Source of the DNA: an uncultured Gemmatimonadales bacterium
GTDB lineage: Bacteria; Gemmatimonadota; Gemmatimonadetes; Gemmatimonadales; GWC2-71-9
Length of the DNA stretch: 64,000 nucleotides
Reading direction: 5' to 3'
Assembly: GCA_963730185.1 (NCBI GenBank)
Contig: CAVSQW010000008.1
Location: forward strand, 32,001-96,000
The notes beneath the pieces were generated by a model that ran no database searches, was not told the DNA's origin, and saw nothing but the letters and a program-made list of their open reading frames with translations. Each line of letters opens with the position of its first letter. The first letter of the stretch is position 1. A program made the translations under genes and the position numbers. This document shows, one piece after another, positions 1-10,468 of the stretch.

Positions 1-28
1 CCGGCCTCCGCTTCACTCTCGTGACTCC

Positions 29-2359
29 GTGCTATTGCCCCTGCTGGCCCTCCTTTTCGCGCCCGTCGACACCGTGGCCCCGACCTACGTCGGCGCGTCG
101 GGGCAGGTTCGGGTGTCACCGCCCCGGATCGAGGCCGACGTCGAGGTCGACGGCCGGTTGGACGAGCCGGTGTGGCAGCGGGCCGCACGGCTGACCGGGT
201 TCACGCAATACGCTCCCGCGGACGGCCGGCCGGCCGAGCAGGAGACCGAGGTGCTGGTGTGGTACTCGCCGACCGCCCTCCACTTCGGCGTTCGGGCCCA
301 CGCCCGACCCGGGACGGTCAAGGCCACGCTTGCCAACCGCGACAAGCTCGCCACCGAGGACCGGATCGAGCTCTATCTGGGCACCTACGACGACGGGCAT
401 CAGGCGCTGGTCTTCGCGGTCAATCCGCTCGGGGTGCAGCAGGACGGCGCCCTGGCGGAGCAGGGTCGGAACAGCGGAGGCCGGGAGTCGTCGGACCTGA
501 GTCCGGACTTCGTCTTCGACTCGCGCGGGCGGATCACCGACTACGGGTTCGAGGTCGAGATCCGGATCCCGTTCAAGACGCTCCGCTACCAGTCGGTGGA
601 TCCGCAGGACTGGGGGCTCCAGGTGATCCGGAGCGTGCAGGCGTCGGCGCAGGAGGACGCGTGGGCGCCGGCCGAGCGGGGCGCGGCCAGCTTCCTGGCG
701 CAGTCGGGCAAGCTGGTGGGGCTGACCGGACTCCATCGGGGCCTGGTCATGGACCTGAACCCGGTCCTCACGGGGCGCGCCGCCGGCGCTCCGGCGGCCG
801 CGGGCGGGTGGGACTACGCCAAGACGGCCGAGCTGGGTGGCAACGTGCGCTGGGGGGTGACCCCGAATCTCACCCTGAACGGCACCTTCAATCCGGATTT
901 CTCGCAGGTGGAGGCCGACGCCAGCCAGATCGTCACCGATCCCCGGCGGGCGCTCTTCTTCCCGGAGAAGCGGCCGTTCTTCCTGGAGGGCATCGAGCAG
1001 TTCGCCACCCCGAACCAGCTGATCTACTCGCGGCGGATCGCGGCCCCGGTCGCCGCGACCAAGCTCAGCGGCAAGGTGTCGGGGACCACCGTGGCCACGA
1101 TGTTGGCGCTCGACGGCAAGGAGACCTCCCGCACCGGCGGCGACAACCCGTTCTTCGCGATCGCCCGGGCGCAGCGCGACCTCGGCCGCGGGTCGCGGGC
1201 CGGGGCGGTGCTCACCAGCCGGACGGAGCCCGGGTTCTCGAACCAGGTTGGCGGGCTCGACGCCCGGTTCGTCAGCCAGGGCGGTCTGGCGGTCTCGCTG
1301 CAGGCGGTGGGGAGCGTGACCGCCCGCGACGGGGTGACCAAGGTGGCGCCGCTCTGGGACGTCGACGTCCGGAGGGCGGGGCGCCACCTCGGATTCAATG
1401 CCGGCTTCTCGGGCGTGAGCGACCAGTTCGTCGCGGGGGCGGGGTTCATCGCCCAGCCGGACGCGGCCCAGCTCGGCGGTGGCACGTCGTGGACGGTCTA
1501 CGGGAAGCCGGGAAGCTTCGTGGGCCGGGCGACGGGCGGGATCCGCCTCCAAGCCCGCTGGATCTACGACGACTTCGTGTCGGGGCGGGCGCCGCTCGAC
1601 AAGCAGTTCTTCGTGACCGGCAGCGCGGAGCTCAGGGGCGGCTGGGGGTTGAACCTGTTCTCGTGGCTGGAGCGGTTCGGCTACGACTACCGGCTCTATC
1701 GTGACTACGCCCTGGAACGGCACCTGGCCGGCGGCGTGGTCGACACGATCGCGCCCTACCCCGGCGGCACCTGGGTGCCGACGATGGGGATCAACCTCTC
1801 GGTCCGGACGCCCTGGGTGGGCCCCTTCTCGGGGACGGTCAACACCTACTACGGCAACGATGTCGACTACGACGAATGGTCGCCGGCCCGGATCCTGTTC
1901 GTAAACTCCACCCTCCAGTACCGCCCGACCAGCCAGATCCGGGTCGACGGCTCGTACATCCTCACCGCCTACTATCGCCGGAGCGACGGGAGCACCGTCT
2001 CGGTGGCCCACGTGCCCCGTCTCAAGCTCGAGTACCAGGTCTCGCAAGCGGTGTTCGTCCGGGTGGTCGGCGAGTATCGGTCGGCCCACCGCGACGCGCT
2101 CCGCGACGACGGCCGGACGGGCGATCCGATCCTGATCCGCGATCCCGCCGACGGGGTTTATAAGCGGAGCCTTGCGCTGGCCCAAGGCGCCGACGGCCTC
2201 CGGGCCGATTTCCTCTTCTCCTACCAACCGATGCCGGGCACGGTGTTCTTCGCCGGCTACGGGGGCAGCTTTCAGGATACCGGCCGGTTCCGGTTCGGCA
2301 ACCTGAGCCGCACGGTCGACGGCTTCTTCCTGAAGGCGAGCTACCTGTTCCGGATGTAG
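29..2359 (+). CDS. Secreted DUF5916-like protein: N-terminal carbohydrate-binding family 9-like domain plus predicted C-terminal outer-membrane beta-barrel
   Basis: 776-aa ORF with signal peptide; VDGRLDEPVW and TFNPDFSQVEAD...FFPEKRPFFLEG motifs typical of this family; C-terminal amphipathic strand FFLKASYLFRM. Confidence 0.8.
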   Translation: MLLPLLALLFAPVDTVAPTYVGASGQVRVSPPRIEADVEVDGRLDEPVWQRAARLTGFTQYAPADGRPAEQETEVLVWYSPTALHFGVRAHARPGTVKATLANRDKLATEDRIELYLGTYDDGHQALVFAVNPLGVQQDGALAEQGRNSGGRESSDLSPDFVFDSRGRITDYGFEVEIRIPFKTLRYQSVDPQDWGLQVIRSVQASAQEDAWAPAERGAASFLAQSGKLVGLTGLHRGLVMDLNPVLTGRAAGAPAAAGGWDYAKTAELGGNVRWGVTPNLTLNGTFNPDFSQVEADASQIVTDPRRALFFPEKRPFFLEGIEQFATPNQLIYSRRIAAPVAATKLSGKVSGTTVATMLALDGKETSRTGGDNPFFAIARAQRDLGRGSRAGAVLTSRTEPGFSNQVGGLDARFVSQGGLAVSLQAVGSVTARDGVTKVAPLWDVDVRRAGRHLGFNAGFSGVSDQFVAGAGFIAQPDAAQLGGGTSWTVYGKPGSFVGRATGGIRLQARWIYDDFVSGRAPLDKQFFVTGSAELRGGWGLNLFSWLERFGYDYRLYRDYALERHLAGGVVDTIAPYPGGTWVPTMGINLSVRTPWVGPFSGTVNTYYGNDVDYDEWSPARILFVNSTLQYRPTSQIRVDGSYILTAYYRRSDGSTVSVAHVPRLKLEYQVSQAVFVRVVGEYRSAHRDALRDDGRTGDPILIRDPADGVYKRSLALAQGADGLRADFLFSYQPMPGTVFFAGYGGSFQDTGRFRFGNLSRTVDGFFLKASYLFRM

Positions 2360-2375
2360 GGCGCCCGGCCGGCGG

Positions 2376-5021
2376 CTATTCGTCGGTCAGGGCCACCCGC
2401 GGGTCGACCGCCGACGCCCGCCGCGCCGGTACCAGGGCCGCCAGCAGACCGGTGACGACCAGGGCGCCGGCCACGACCGCGAAGGTCGCGGGATCGTTGG
2501 CCGAGACCCCCGCCAGGAGCGACCTCAGGCCGCGGCCGGCAAGCAAGGCCGCCGGCAGCCCGATCGCCAACCCGATGCCGACCAGGACGAGCCCCTGCCG
2601 GAGCACCAGCGTCAGCACCTGGCGCCGCTCCGCCCCGAGGGTGATCCGGATCCCCAACTCGCGAGTCCGGCGCCCCACCAGGTAAGACAGCACGGCGTAC
2701 ACGCCGCCGACCGCGAGCGCCAGCGCGATCCCGGCGAAGACGGCGAGGAGCCAGGAGAAGGTCCGGCGGAGGCCCAGTGAGCGAGCCACCGCCTCGGTCA
2801 TGGTGCCCACCTGGTAGAGCGCCAGGGTGGGGTCGATTCGGCGCATGACCGCTCGGACCGGCTCGACCGCAGCGGTCGGGTTGCCGCGGGTCCGGAGCAC
2901 GATCGAGAACGCGGGTGGGTCGGTCTGACCGGCCATCACGTCCATCGGCACGTAGATCCCCGGCCGCGAGGGCCGGTCCAGGCCATAGTGCCGGACGTCG
3001 GCCACGACCCCGACGACGGTCATCCGGTTGGTGGTATCGGATCCGCTTCCGATCCAGCGGCCGGTGGGATCGGGCCCGTCGGGCCATTTGAGCTTGGCGA
3101 AGCTCTCGTTCACGACCACGGCCGGCCGGGTGCCGGGGGCGCCGTCGCCGGGCCGGAGGAGCCGCCCCCGGAGGAGCCGAATCCCCATCGCGGCGAAGTA
3201 GTCGGGCGACGCGAACCGGGTCAGGACCACGGGGTCGTGCCCGTCCGGCGCCTCCGCCTGACCTTCGGCCCGGTAGAACTGACCGAGATGGCAGCCGAGC
3301 GGCGGACAGTTGATCGCGCCGACCCGTTCGACCTCGGGCAGGGCCCGAAGCGAGGTCATGATTCGGTCGTAGAGCGCGAGATGATCGGTGCCGGCGGGGT
3401 AGGTCGACGAGGGCGGCGCCAACCGGTACGACAGCACGTGGTCGGCCCGAAAGCCCGGATCCGCCCCCGCCACGGCGTGGTAGGAGCGGAGCAGGAGCCC
3501 GCCCCCGATCAGGAGCACGCTCGCCAGCGCGATCTCACCGACCACCAGCGCGTTCAGCGTCCGCCGCTGGGGAGCGGTCGGCGAGCCGCCGCGGCTCCCG
3601 ACGATCAGGGCGTGGCGCCCGTCCTGCCGACGGGCCTGCAGCGCCGGCGCGAGACCGAAGAGTACCGCGGTGACGCCCACGACCAGCAGCGCGAAGACCC
3701 CCGCTCGCCAGTCGACCGCGAAGCTGGCCCAGCCCGGCAATTTGTCCGGAAGCCCCGTGACCAGCTGATGGAGCGCCCAACGCCCGAGGCCGCCGCCGAG
3801 CAGACCGGCGGCGACGGCCAGGACCAGGCTCTCGGTCAAGAGCTGCCGAGTGACTTGACCCGTTGTGGCTCCGAGGGCGGCTCGAATCCCGATCTCGCGC
3901 TGGCGGAAGATGGCCCGGGCCAGCATCACGCTGGCCACGTTGGCGCAGGCGATCAGGAGCACCAAGGCCACGCCGACGCCGAGGGCGATGGCGATGACCC
4001 GGTAGTCGGCCACCAGAAGATCGCGGAGCGGAAGGGTCGTGGGCGAAACCACGTGCTCCTTGTCATGCGCCTCCCAGAGCGGCTTCTGCGCCTCCAGCAG
4101 ATCGGCCCGGGCCTGGCTCAGGGAGACGCCGGGCCGGAGCCGGCCGATCCCGGCGTAGCTGTACGAGCAACACGGCATCGCCGGATCCTGGGCCAGCGGC
4201 AACCAGAGGTCGGTCCGTTCGGGGAACTCGGCTGCCCGAGGCATGACCCCAACGACGGTGCGGGGCACGCCGTCGACCGTGAGCGAGCGTCCCACCGCGT
4301 CCTGGGCGCTGGCGAATCGACGCCGCCAGTAGCGCTCGCTCAGCAACACGACCGGCGCCCCGCCCGGTCGATCCTCCTCGACCGTGAAGGTTCGGCCCAG
4401 CAGCGGCTTCACGCCGAGCACCTCGGGGAACTCGTAGGTGGTGCGGGCCACGTCGAGCCGTTCCGAGGTCGAGCCGTCCCACACGTTGGCGCCCTCGGTG
4501 GCGTAGAGCGCCATGGCTTCGAACGCCCGGGTGTGCTCGCGCCAGCCGACGAAGTCACCATAGAAGACCCCGGTGTATTCCAGGTTCCACTTGGGTGCGG
4601 TCTCGTCGAGATACATCAGCCGTTCGGGCGCCTGGAACGGGAAGGGCCGGAGGAAGAGCCCGTCCAACAGCGAGAAGACCGCGGTGGTGGCGCCGATCCC
4701 GAGCGTCAGGGTCAGGAGGACCAGGGCCGTCGCCCCGGGTTGACGGACGAACGCCCGGAGCGCGAAGCGGATGTCTCGCAGGACGGTGGCCATGAGACCT
4801 CCTCCGGTCGAAGGTCGCGAGCGGCGCCAGCGCTCGGCCGGCGCCCGGCGCAGGACGTCGAGACCCGCCTGCCTCCAGACCCGGGCCCGCTCCCGGCGGG
4901 TCTTGGCTTCCGCGAGCCGCTCGACGAAGAGGGCCTCCATCTCGGCCCCGGCCCGTTCGCGGAGCCGCGCGGGGAGGAGCCGGAGCAGGGCGCGGTAGAG
5001 GCGCGGAGCCCGAACGCTCAC
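2376..5021 (-). CDS. ADOP-family duplicated ABC permease (MacB/FtsX-like)
   Basis: LTLGIGATTAVFS, LLIACANVA, REIGIRAALGA, RELGIRITLGA and PARRASAVDP motifs; GTG start at 5021 overlaps the PadR stop (GTGA). Confidence 0.9.
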   Translation of the reverse strand: MSVRAPRLYRALLRLLPARLRERAGAEMEALFVERLAEAKTRRERARVWRQAGLDVLRRAPAERWRRSRPSTGGGLMATVLRDIRFALRAFVRQPGATALVLLTLTLGIGATTAVFSLLDGLFLRPFPFQAPERLMYLDETAPKWNLEYTGVFYGDFVGWREHTRAFEAMALYATEGANVWDGSTSERLDVARTTYEFPEVLGVKPLLGRTFTVEEDRPGGAPVVLLSERYWRRRFASAQDAVGRSLTVDGVPRTVVGVMPRAAEFPERTDLWLPLAQDPAMPCCSYSYAGIGRLRPGVSLSQARADLLEAQKPLWEAHDKEHVVSPTTLPLRDLLVADYRVIAIALGVGVALVLLIACANVASVMLARAIFRQREIGIRAALGATTGQVTRQLLTESLVLAVAAGLLGGGLGRWALHQLVTGLPDKLPGWASFAVDWRAGVFALLVVGVTAVLFGLAPALQARRQDGRHALIVGSRGGSPTAPQRRTLNALVVGEIALASVLLIGGGLLLRSYHAVAGADPGFRADHVLSYRLAPPSSTYPAGTDHLALYDRIMTSLRALPEVERVGAINCPPLGCHLGQFYRAEGQAEAPDGHDPVVLTRFASPDYFAAMGIRLLRGRLLRPGDGAPGTRPAVVVNESFAKLKWPDGPDPTGRWIGSGSDTTNRMTVVGVVADVRHYGLDRPSRPGIYVPMDVMAGQTDPPAFSIVLRTRGNPTAAVEPVRAVMRRIDPTLALYQVGTMTEAVARSLGLRRTFSWLLAVFAGIALALAVGGVYAVLSYLVGRRTRELGIRITLGAERRQVLTLVLRQGLVLVGIGLAIGLPAALLAGRGLRSLLAGVSANDPATFAVVAGALVVTGLLAALVPARRASAVDPRVALTDE

Positions 5022-5353
5022 CGGACCTCGCCCGGGCGCAACAAACGCCGCTTGGCGGTCGCCACCACCGAGGCCAGCTGCCGAGTCTCGGCTTCGAGCG
5101 CGCGGCGGCCCGCGGGCGTGAGCCGGAAGTAGCGCCGGCGCTCGCTCTCGCCGGCGGGGTGGCGGCCGGTGTCGGTCAGGGCTTCGATCCACCCCTGGTC
5201 CACCAGCTCCTCCAGGGTGCCGTAGAGGGTGGCGGGCCAAAGCCGGACCTGCCCGTCGGTCAGCCGCTCCACGTCGCGGGCGATGGCGGAGCCATGGCGG
5301 TCAGCCTCGGCGAGCGAGAGCAGGATGTGGAACGCGTGCGGCTTCATGGTCAT
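5018..5353 (-). CDS. padR: PadR-family transcriptional regulator
   Basis: FHILLSL...HGSAI...PATLYGTL...RRRYFRLTPAGR winged-helix signature; start at 5353 or 5347. Confidence 0.9.
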   Translation of the reverse strand: MTMKPHAFHILLSLAEADRHGSAIARDVERLTDGQVRLWPATLYGTLEELVDQGWIEALTDTGRHPAGESERRRYFRLTPAGRRALEAETRQLASVVATAKRRLLRPGEVR

Positions 5354-5374
5354 ATTATATGAAACAGTATAATA
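5353..5374. promoter_or_regulatory. Perfect inverted repeat TATTATA-N8-TATAATA overlapping a minus-strand TATAAT -10 box; probable PadR operator
   Basis: AT-rich palindrome directly at the padR start; on the minus strand TATAAT lies 6 nt before the ATG at 5347. Confidence 0.65.
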
Positions 5375-5479
5375 GAACGCCAGCCGATCGCCTGTGACCG
5401 ACCGCGTGTTCGGACGACGGTCCCTCGACCCTGACAGCCGCCGGGCCTGGGATTTGGGGCTCACGACGGAAGAAGGCGG

Positions 5480-6023
5480 ATGGCGACCCGAACGGCCGAT
5501 CGAACCTGGACCTGGTGGGTGATGACGCTGGTCACCCTCCCGATCGCCGCCTACGCGGCGAACTATGCCCTAGGCGGCGAGGCAGCCTTCGTGCCCAACC
5601 TGGCCGCGTCGTTTCGAGAGCGCCCGACCGCGATCCTTCTCCACACGGCGGGTGGCGCCCTGGTGCTACTGGCGGGTCTGCTCCAGATGAACCGGACGGT
5701 GCGAGCCCGTTGGCCGGCCTTCCACCGCTGAGTCGGGAGGACCTACGTGATCGTCGGGACGGTCGGGGGCGGGGCCGGGCTCTACCTGGCCCGCTACTCT
5801 TCCGAGGGATGGGTGACGCACCTGGGCTTCGGGATGCTGGCCCTGGCGGTGCTGACCGCGACCACGGTGGCGTTTCTCGCGGCCCGCCGCCGGGTTCGGG
5901 TTCGCGACCGCGTATCGGATCGTGGCGTGGCTCTGCTGGGTTCCCAACCTCCTCTGGGCCGAATGGTACGTCCGCCGGCGGCCGGCGATCGACGGGCGGG
6001 TCCGGGCGCCGGCCGGCGCCTGA
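5480..6023 (+). pseudogene. DUF2306-like membrane protein, disrupted
   Basis: LHTAGG...HR*VGRTY has TGA (5729-5731) at a position usually Trp; apparent deletion plus frame change near 5890-5900 before the C-terminal FATAYRIVAWLCWVPNLLWAEW; stop at 6021-6023. Confidence 0.7.
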
Positions 6024-8729
6024 TTAGTCGGTTCGGAGCGCCACGTTCGGATCCACGGTCGCCGCCCGCCAGGCCGGGACCGCGCTGGCCACGGCGGCCA
6101 CCATGAGCAGGACCGCGGCCACGACGCCGAAAACCAACGGGTCACGGGGGGATTCCGCGTAGAGCAGCGGGCCGAGCCACCGGCTCCCCCAGAGTGCCAG
6201 GAGGCCGCCGATCCCGAGCCCCAACAGCGCAAAGCGGATCCCCTCGCCCAAGACCAGCCGGAGCAGGTCGGCCAGGCTCGCGCCGAGGGCGATCCGGAGA
6301 CCGAGCTCCTGGGTCCGTTGCGCGACGTTGTAGGCGATCACGCTGTAGAGCCCCACGCCCGCCAGCACCAGGGCCAGCAGGCCGAACGCCAGGAACATCG
6401 TCGCGCCGAGCTCCCAGGAGCGGAGGTTGGGGTCGACCATGTCGCGGAAGGGAGTGGCGGTGACGTAGCTGGTCCCCGGCATCAGGGTCTGCAGTCGCTT
6501 CCGGATGGTCTCGGCCTGGTCGGCGGCCCGACCGCGGACCCGGATCACCAGGTCGTCGAACTGGGGCCGGAACTGCTCCGCCGAGAGGTAGTAGAAGTAC
6601 TCGCCGCCCGCGGTGATGTTCCGGTTCCGGATGTTCTCGGCGACGCCCACCACGGTGCTGCAGGGGACGGTGTCGGCCTCGATCTTGACGCACCGGCCCA
6701 GCGGATCCTGACCCGGCCAGAGCACGTCGGCCATCGCCTCGTTCACCACCAGCACGCCGGGCGCGTTCTTGCCGTCCGCGGCGGTGATCCCTCGACCGCG
6801 GAGGATCCGGGTGCCCATGGTCGCGAAGTAGTCGGGCGAGCCGGCCTGGAGCCCGAAGTGCCCGAGCCGCCCCACGGAGTCGATCCCCGGCACGAAGAGG
6901 TCGGTCGAGCGGCTGAGCCAGAAGGGGAGGGTGACGGCCAGGCTGGCGTGCTCCACCTCGGGGTAGGTCTGGGCTTCCGCGAGCAGCCGACGGGCCAGCT
7001 GGGCGCGCCGGTCGGGCGACAGCGCGAGTCCGCGCAGGTTGAGGTCGACATACAGGATGGGATCGACGTCGTACCCGAGCCGGATGTTCCTGACCTGGTG
7101 GAGACTTCGGACGAAGAGACCGGCGCCGACCAGGAGAAGAACCGACAGCGCTCCCTGAACCAGGAGCAAGGCGGTTCGGGTCCGGGACCGCTGATAGGTA
7201 CCCTCCCGGGCCCCGATCCGGAGCGCGCCACCCACGTCGGTCCGCCGGGCCTGGAGGATCGGGGCCAGGCCGGTGAGCACCCCGACGGCGAGGGTGGCGA
7301 GGCCGGCGAACGCGACCGTCCGCCAGTCGATCAGGGCCCGGGTGCCGCCGGCGTCGGGGAGAAAGAGCGAGCGGAGCAGGGAACCGCCCCAATGCGCCAC
7401 CAGCAGGCCGGCGGCTCCCCCCAGAGTCGCGAGCAGGACGCTCTCGGTCAGCAGCTGCGCGAAGAGGCGGGTCCGGCTCACGCCGAGGGCCAGTCGGAGG
7501 CCGATCTCCCGGCGCCGCCGGAGGGCCCGAGCCAGGAGGAGGTTCGCCACGTTGGCGCAGGCGATGAGCAGCACGATCAGGGCGACGCCGCCCACCCACT
7601 GGGCCACCTTGCCGACCGTGGTCTGATTGGGGCCCCGCTCGGTCTGGATCGGTGACACGATCGCCCGCGGGTGCGCGATCGTCGCCGGCGGCAGCTCGGC
7701 ATCACCGGTCCGCTCGACCGCGTAGCTCCGCTGGTACGCCTGGCTCAGGTCCGCGGCCGCGGCGGCCTCGCTCACGCCCGCCTTCCGCCGGACCAGAAGC
7801 TCCATCCAGCCCCAGTCGTACTTGGTATAGTAGGCCGCGCGGTCGGGCGTCCACTCGACGTGCGCCCCATACGTCGTGATCGGGATGAAGGCGGCCGGCG
7901 GCGGCCCCTCCTGGACTCCGACGAACCCGGCCGGCGCCACGCCGACGACGGTGTAGACGACCGGCCCGATCTGGAGGCCGGTGCCCAGCACGTCGGGTCG
8001 GCCGCCGTAGCGGGTTTGCCAGAGCGCATGGCTCAACACCACCACGGGCGATCCCTCCGGGACCGAGTCCTCCGCCGGGCCGAAGTACCGTCCCAGGGCC
8101 GGCGGCGCGTCGAAGAGCTCGAACAGGCTGGCGCTCACCGGCGCGACCCGCATCTCGCGGGTGTCCTCCCCGACGCCGACCGCCATCCGGGCGTCGAAGG
8201 TCGCGGCCATCACGTCGAACGAGCTGGTCGTGCGGACCAGGTCACGGTAGGTCGTGTAGGCGATGTTGGGCTCGTAGTTGGTGCCGCCTCGGCCCTCGGT
8301 GACCAGGTAGACGCGATGAACCCGAGCGGGGTCGCCGAGGAAGGGCGGAGGGCGAAAGAGCAGCCGGTCCACGATCCCGAACATGGCCGCGTTGGCCCCG
8401 AGCCCCAGGGCCAGGGTGCCGACGACCGCCAGGGTGAAGCCCGGGCTGCCCCGCAGCATCCGCGCCGCGTAAGCCAAGTCCCGGGTCACGATCTCCAGGG
8501 CCGAGAGCCCGCGGGCGTCGCGGCTCTCTTCCTTGATCCGGTCCACTCCCCCGAAGGCGAGCCGCGCCCGGCGCCGGGCCTCGGCCGGCGAGAACCCCTG
8601 GCGCTGGTACTTCTCGGTTTCGCGCTCGAGGTGGAAGCCGATCTCGTCGTCGAGCTCCCCTTCGACGGCGCCCCGGCGGATCAGGGCCCGCCAGCGGTAC
8701 TTGAGGTCGCTCCACAGCGCGCTCAGCAT
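6024..8729 (-). CDS. ADOP-family duplicated ABC permease (MacB/FtsX-like)
   Basis: N-terminal ELDDEIGFHLE...EARRRARLAFGG prefix; LALGLGANAAMF, LLIACANVANLLL and PAWRAATVDP motifs. Confidence 0.92.
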   Translation of the reverse strand: MLSALWSDLKYRWRALIRRGAVEGELDDEIGFHLERETEKYQRQGFSPAEARRRARLAFGGVDRIKEESRDARGLSALEIVTRDLAYAARMLRGSPGFTLAVVGTLALGLGANAAMFGIVDRLLFRPPPFLGDPARVHRVYLVTEGRGGTNYEPNIAYTTYRDLVRTTSSFDVMAATFDARMAVGVGEDTREMRVAPVSASLFELFDAPPALGRYFGPAEDSVPEGSPVVVLSHALWQTRYGGRPDVLGTGLQIGPVVYTVVGVAPAGFVGVQEGPPPAAFIPITTYGAHVEWTPDRAAYYTKYDWGWMELLVRRKAGVSEAAAAADLSQAYQRSYAVERTGDAELPPATIAHPRAIVSPIQTERGPNQTTVGKVAQWVGGVALIVLLIACANVANLLLARALRRRREIGLRLALGVSRTRLFAQLLTESVLLATLGGAAGLLVAHWGGSLLRSLFLPDAGGTRALIDWRTVAFAGLATLAVGVLTGLAPILQARRTDVGGALRIGAREGTYQRSRTRTALLLVQGALSVLLLVGAGLFVRSLHQVRNIRLGYDVDPILYVDLNLRGLALSPDRRAQLARRLLAEAQTYPEVEHASLAVTLPFWLSRSTDLFVPGIDSVGRLGHFGLQAGSPDYFATMGTRILRGRGITAADGKNAPGVLVVNEAMADVLWPGQDPLGRCVKIEADTVPCSTVVGVAENIRNRNITAGGEYFYYLSAEQFRPQFDDLVIRVRGRAADQAETIRKRLQTLMPGTSYVTATPFRDMVDPNLRSWELGATMFLAFGLLALVLAGVGLYSVIAYNVAQRTQELGLRIALGASLADLLRLVLGEGIRFALLGLGIGGLLALWGSRWLGPLLYAESPRDPLVFGVVAAVLLMVAAVASAVPAWRAATVDPNVALRTD

Positions 8730-8742
8730 CGGATCCTCCCGG

Positions 8743-9075
8743 TCAGCCCATGGCCAGAACGAGCGACACCGCCTTGGTCAGCCGCTCCCAGGACGTGGCT
8801 TCTTCCTCGAGCTGCTTCCGGCCGGCCCGAGTGAGCTCGTAAAACTTGGCCTTCCGGTTGTTCTCCGAGGCGCCCCACTCGGCTCGGATCCAACCCCGGC
8901 GCTCGAGCCGGTGGAGGGCCGGGTAGAGCGATCCCTGAGGAACCTGGAGCACGGCCTGGGACACCTCGTGGATCCGCTCCGAGATGGCCCACCCGTGCTG
9001 CGGCCCCAGGGAAACGGCCTTGAGGATGAGGAGGTCGAGGGTGCCTTGCGGCAGGTCGAGATGTGGATCGGTCAT
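8743..9075 (-). CDS. padR: PadR-family transcriptional regulator (acidobacterial type)
   Basis: [10 protein letters not shown]...HGWAI...[12 protein letters not shown]...[16 protein letters not shown] signature; lies directly upstream of an ADOP permease. Confidence 0.93.
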   Translation of the reverse strand: MTDPHLDLPQGTLDLLILKAVSLGPQHGWAISERIHEVSQAVLQVPQGSLYPALHRLERRGWIRAEWGASENNRKAKFYELTRAGRKQLEEEATSWERLTKAVSLVLAMG

Positions 9076-9080
9076 GGAGT

Positions 9081-9131
9081 CCCCTTGTGCTTCTACAAGA
9101 GCTAGCGCTCTTCTTGTAGAAGCGCAAGGGG
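9081..9131. promoter_or_regulatory. 20-bp inverted repeat (1 mismatch, 11-nt spacer) covering the padR ribosome-binding site; each arm contains CTTG-N8-CAAG; probable PadR operator pair
   Basis: CCCCTTGTGCTTCTACAAGA-N11-TCTTGTAGAAGCGCAAGGGG read directly from the sequence. Confidence 0.6.
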
Positions 9132-9365
9132 GGGAGGTAGGGATTTGGGAGTAGGGAGTAGGGAGTAGGGAGTGGGAGAGGGAGTTGGGAGTAGGGAGTT
9201 GGGAGTAGAGAAGGGAGTCGGGAGTTGTGGGGCGGGACCAGGTGCCCCACCGCCCACTCTCTCTCCCCCCACTCCCCACTCCCCACTCCCTCCCTACTCC
9301 CTACTCCCTACTCCCTAGTCCCTACCTCCCTCCCTACTCACCAGTCACCACTCATCAGTCACTAC
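9131..9365. repeat. Degenerate GGGAGTA heptamer array followed by its reverse complement (TACTCCC) array
   Basis: G-rich arm about 9131-9227, GC core GTGGGGC...GCCCCAC, C-rich arm about 9255-9345. Confidence 0.85.
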
Positions 9366-9446
9366 CAAGGCAAGGCTGGCGTCCGCCAATCGTCGGAGCG
9401 AGACTTCCCGTGCCGAGCCGTCTTTCCACCTTCATTGGGATCCCTC

Positions 9447-10430
9447 ATGAGTCAGCTCAACGCCACCGAATGGATCTGGCGCAACGGCGAGTTCGTCCGG
9501 TGGGACGACGCCCGGGTCCACGTCCTCGCGCATTCGATGCAGTACGGCTCCTCGGTCTTCGAGGGGATCCGGTGTTACGAGACCGATCGCGGTCCGGCCA
9601 TCTTCCGGCTCCGCGAGCACCTCGAGCGGCTGTTGGGCTCGTGCAAGATCTACCGGATGGAGGTGCCCTATTCGGTCGAGCAGCTGCTGTCTGCGTGCAC
9701 CGAGTTGGTCGAGAAGAACGCGGTCTCGGCCTGCTACATCCGGCCGATGGTGCTCCGGGGCTACGGGGCCGCGAGCATGGTCCCGTTCGCGAGCCCGGTC
9801 GAGGTGTTCCTGCCGTGCTGGCCTTGGGGGGCCTATCTGGGCGACGAGGCGTTGGAACAGGGGGTGGACGTCTGCGTGTCCAGCTGGAACCGGGTGGCGC
9901 CGAACACCTTGCCGTCGATGGCCAAGATGGCGGGCAACTATCTGAGCGGGATGCTCACCAAGATGGAGGCGCTCGCCCACGGATACGCCGAGGCGATCGC
10001 GCTGGCGCCGGACGGAACGATCGGCGAGGGGTCGGGGCAGAACGTGTTCGTGGTGCGGCACGGCATCCTCCACACCCCCCCGATCAACGGCTCGATCCTG
10101 CACGGCATCACCCGCGACGCGGTACTCACGCTGGCCCGCGACGCGGGGATTCCGGTCCGGTCCGAGACGCTGCCTCGGGAGCTGCTCTATCTCGCCGAGG
10201 AGGTGTTCTTTTGCGGGACGGCGGCGGAGGTCACCCCGGTCCGGAGCGTGGACAAGATCCCGGTAGGGGCCGGTAAGCCGGGCCCAATCACGCGGCGGAT
10301 CCAGGCCCTCTTTCAAGACACCGTGCACGGGCGGACCGCCGATCCGCACGGCTGGCTCACCCAGGTCCGGAGCGGGAACGAGGCGGCGCCCGCCCGGAAG
10401 GGAGGGGCGCCCGCGAGCCGGTCCGCCTGA
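9447..10430 (+). CDS. ilvE: Branched-chain amino acid aminotransferase (class IV PLP)
   Basis: HSMQYGSSVFEGIR, YIRP, AKMAGNY, EGSGQNVF, GITR and GTAAEVTP motifs. Confidence 0.95.
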   Translation: MSQLNATEWIWRNGEFVRWDDARVHVLAHSMQYGSSVFEGIRCYETDRGPAIFRLREHLERLLGSCKIYRMEVPYSVEQLLSACTELVEKNAVSACYIRPMVLRGYGAASMVPFASPVEVFLPCWPWGAYLGDEALEQGVDVCVSSWNRVAPNTLPSMAKMAGNYLSGMLTKMEALAHGYAEAIALAPDGTIGEGSGQNVFVVRHGILHTPPINGSILHGITRDAVLTLARDAGIPVRSETLPRELLYLAEEVFFCGTAAEVTPVRSVDKIPVGAGKPGPITRRIQALFQDTVHGRTADPHGWLTQVRSGNEAAPARKGGAPASRSA

Positions 10431-10468
10431 CCCCGGAGTGGCGATGGGTTGGTATCCTTCGACCGCCG

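Noticed and set aside
5729..5731. In-frame TGA in the DUF2306-like gene as selenocysteine or UGA=Trp recoding
   Set aside because: Many genes here end in TGA and encode Trp with TGG. The gene also has a second lesion, so a nonsense change or sequencing error is simpler.
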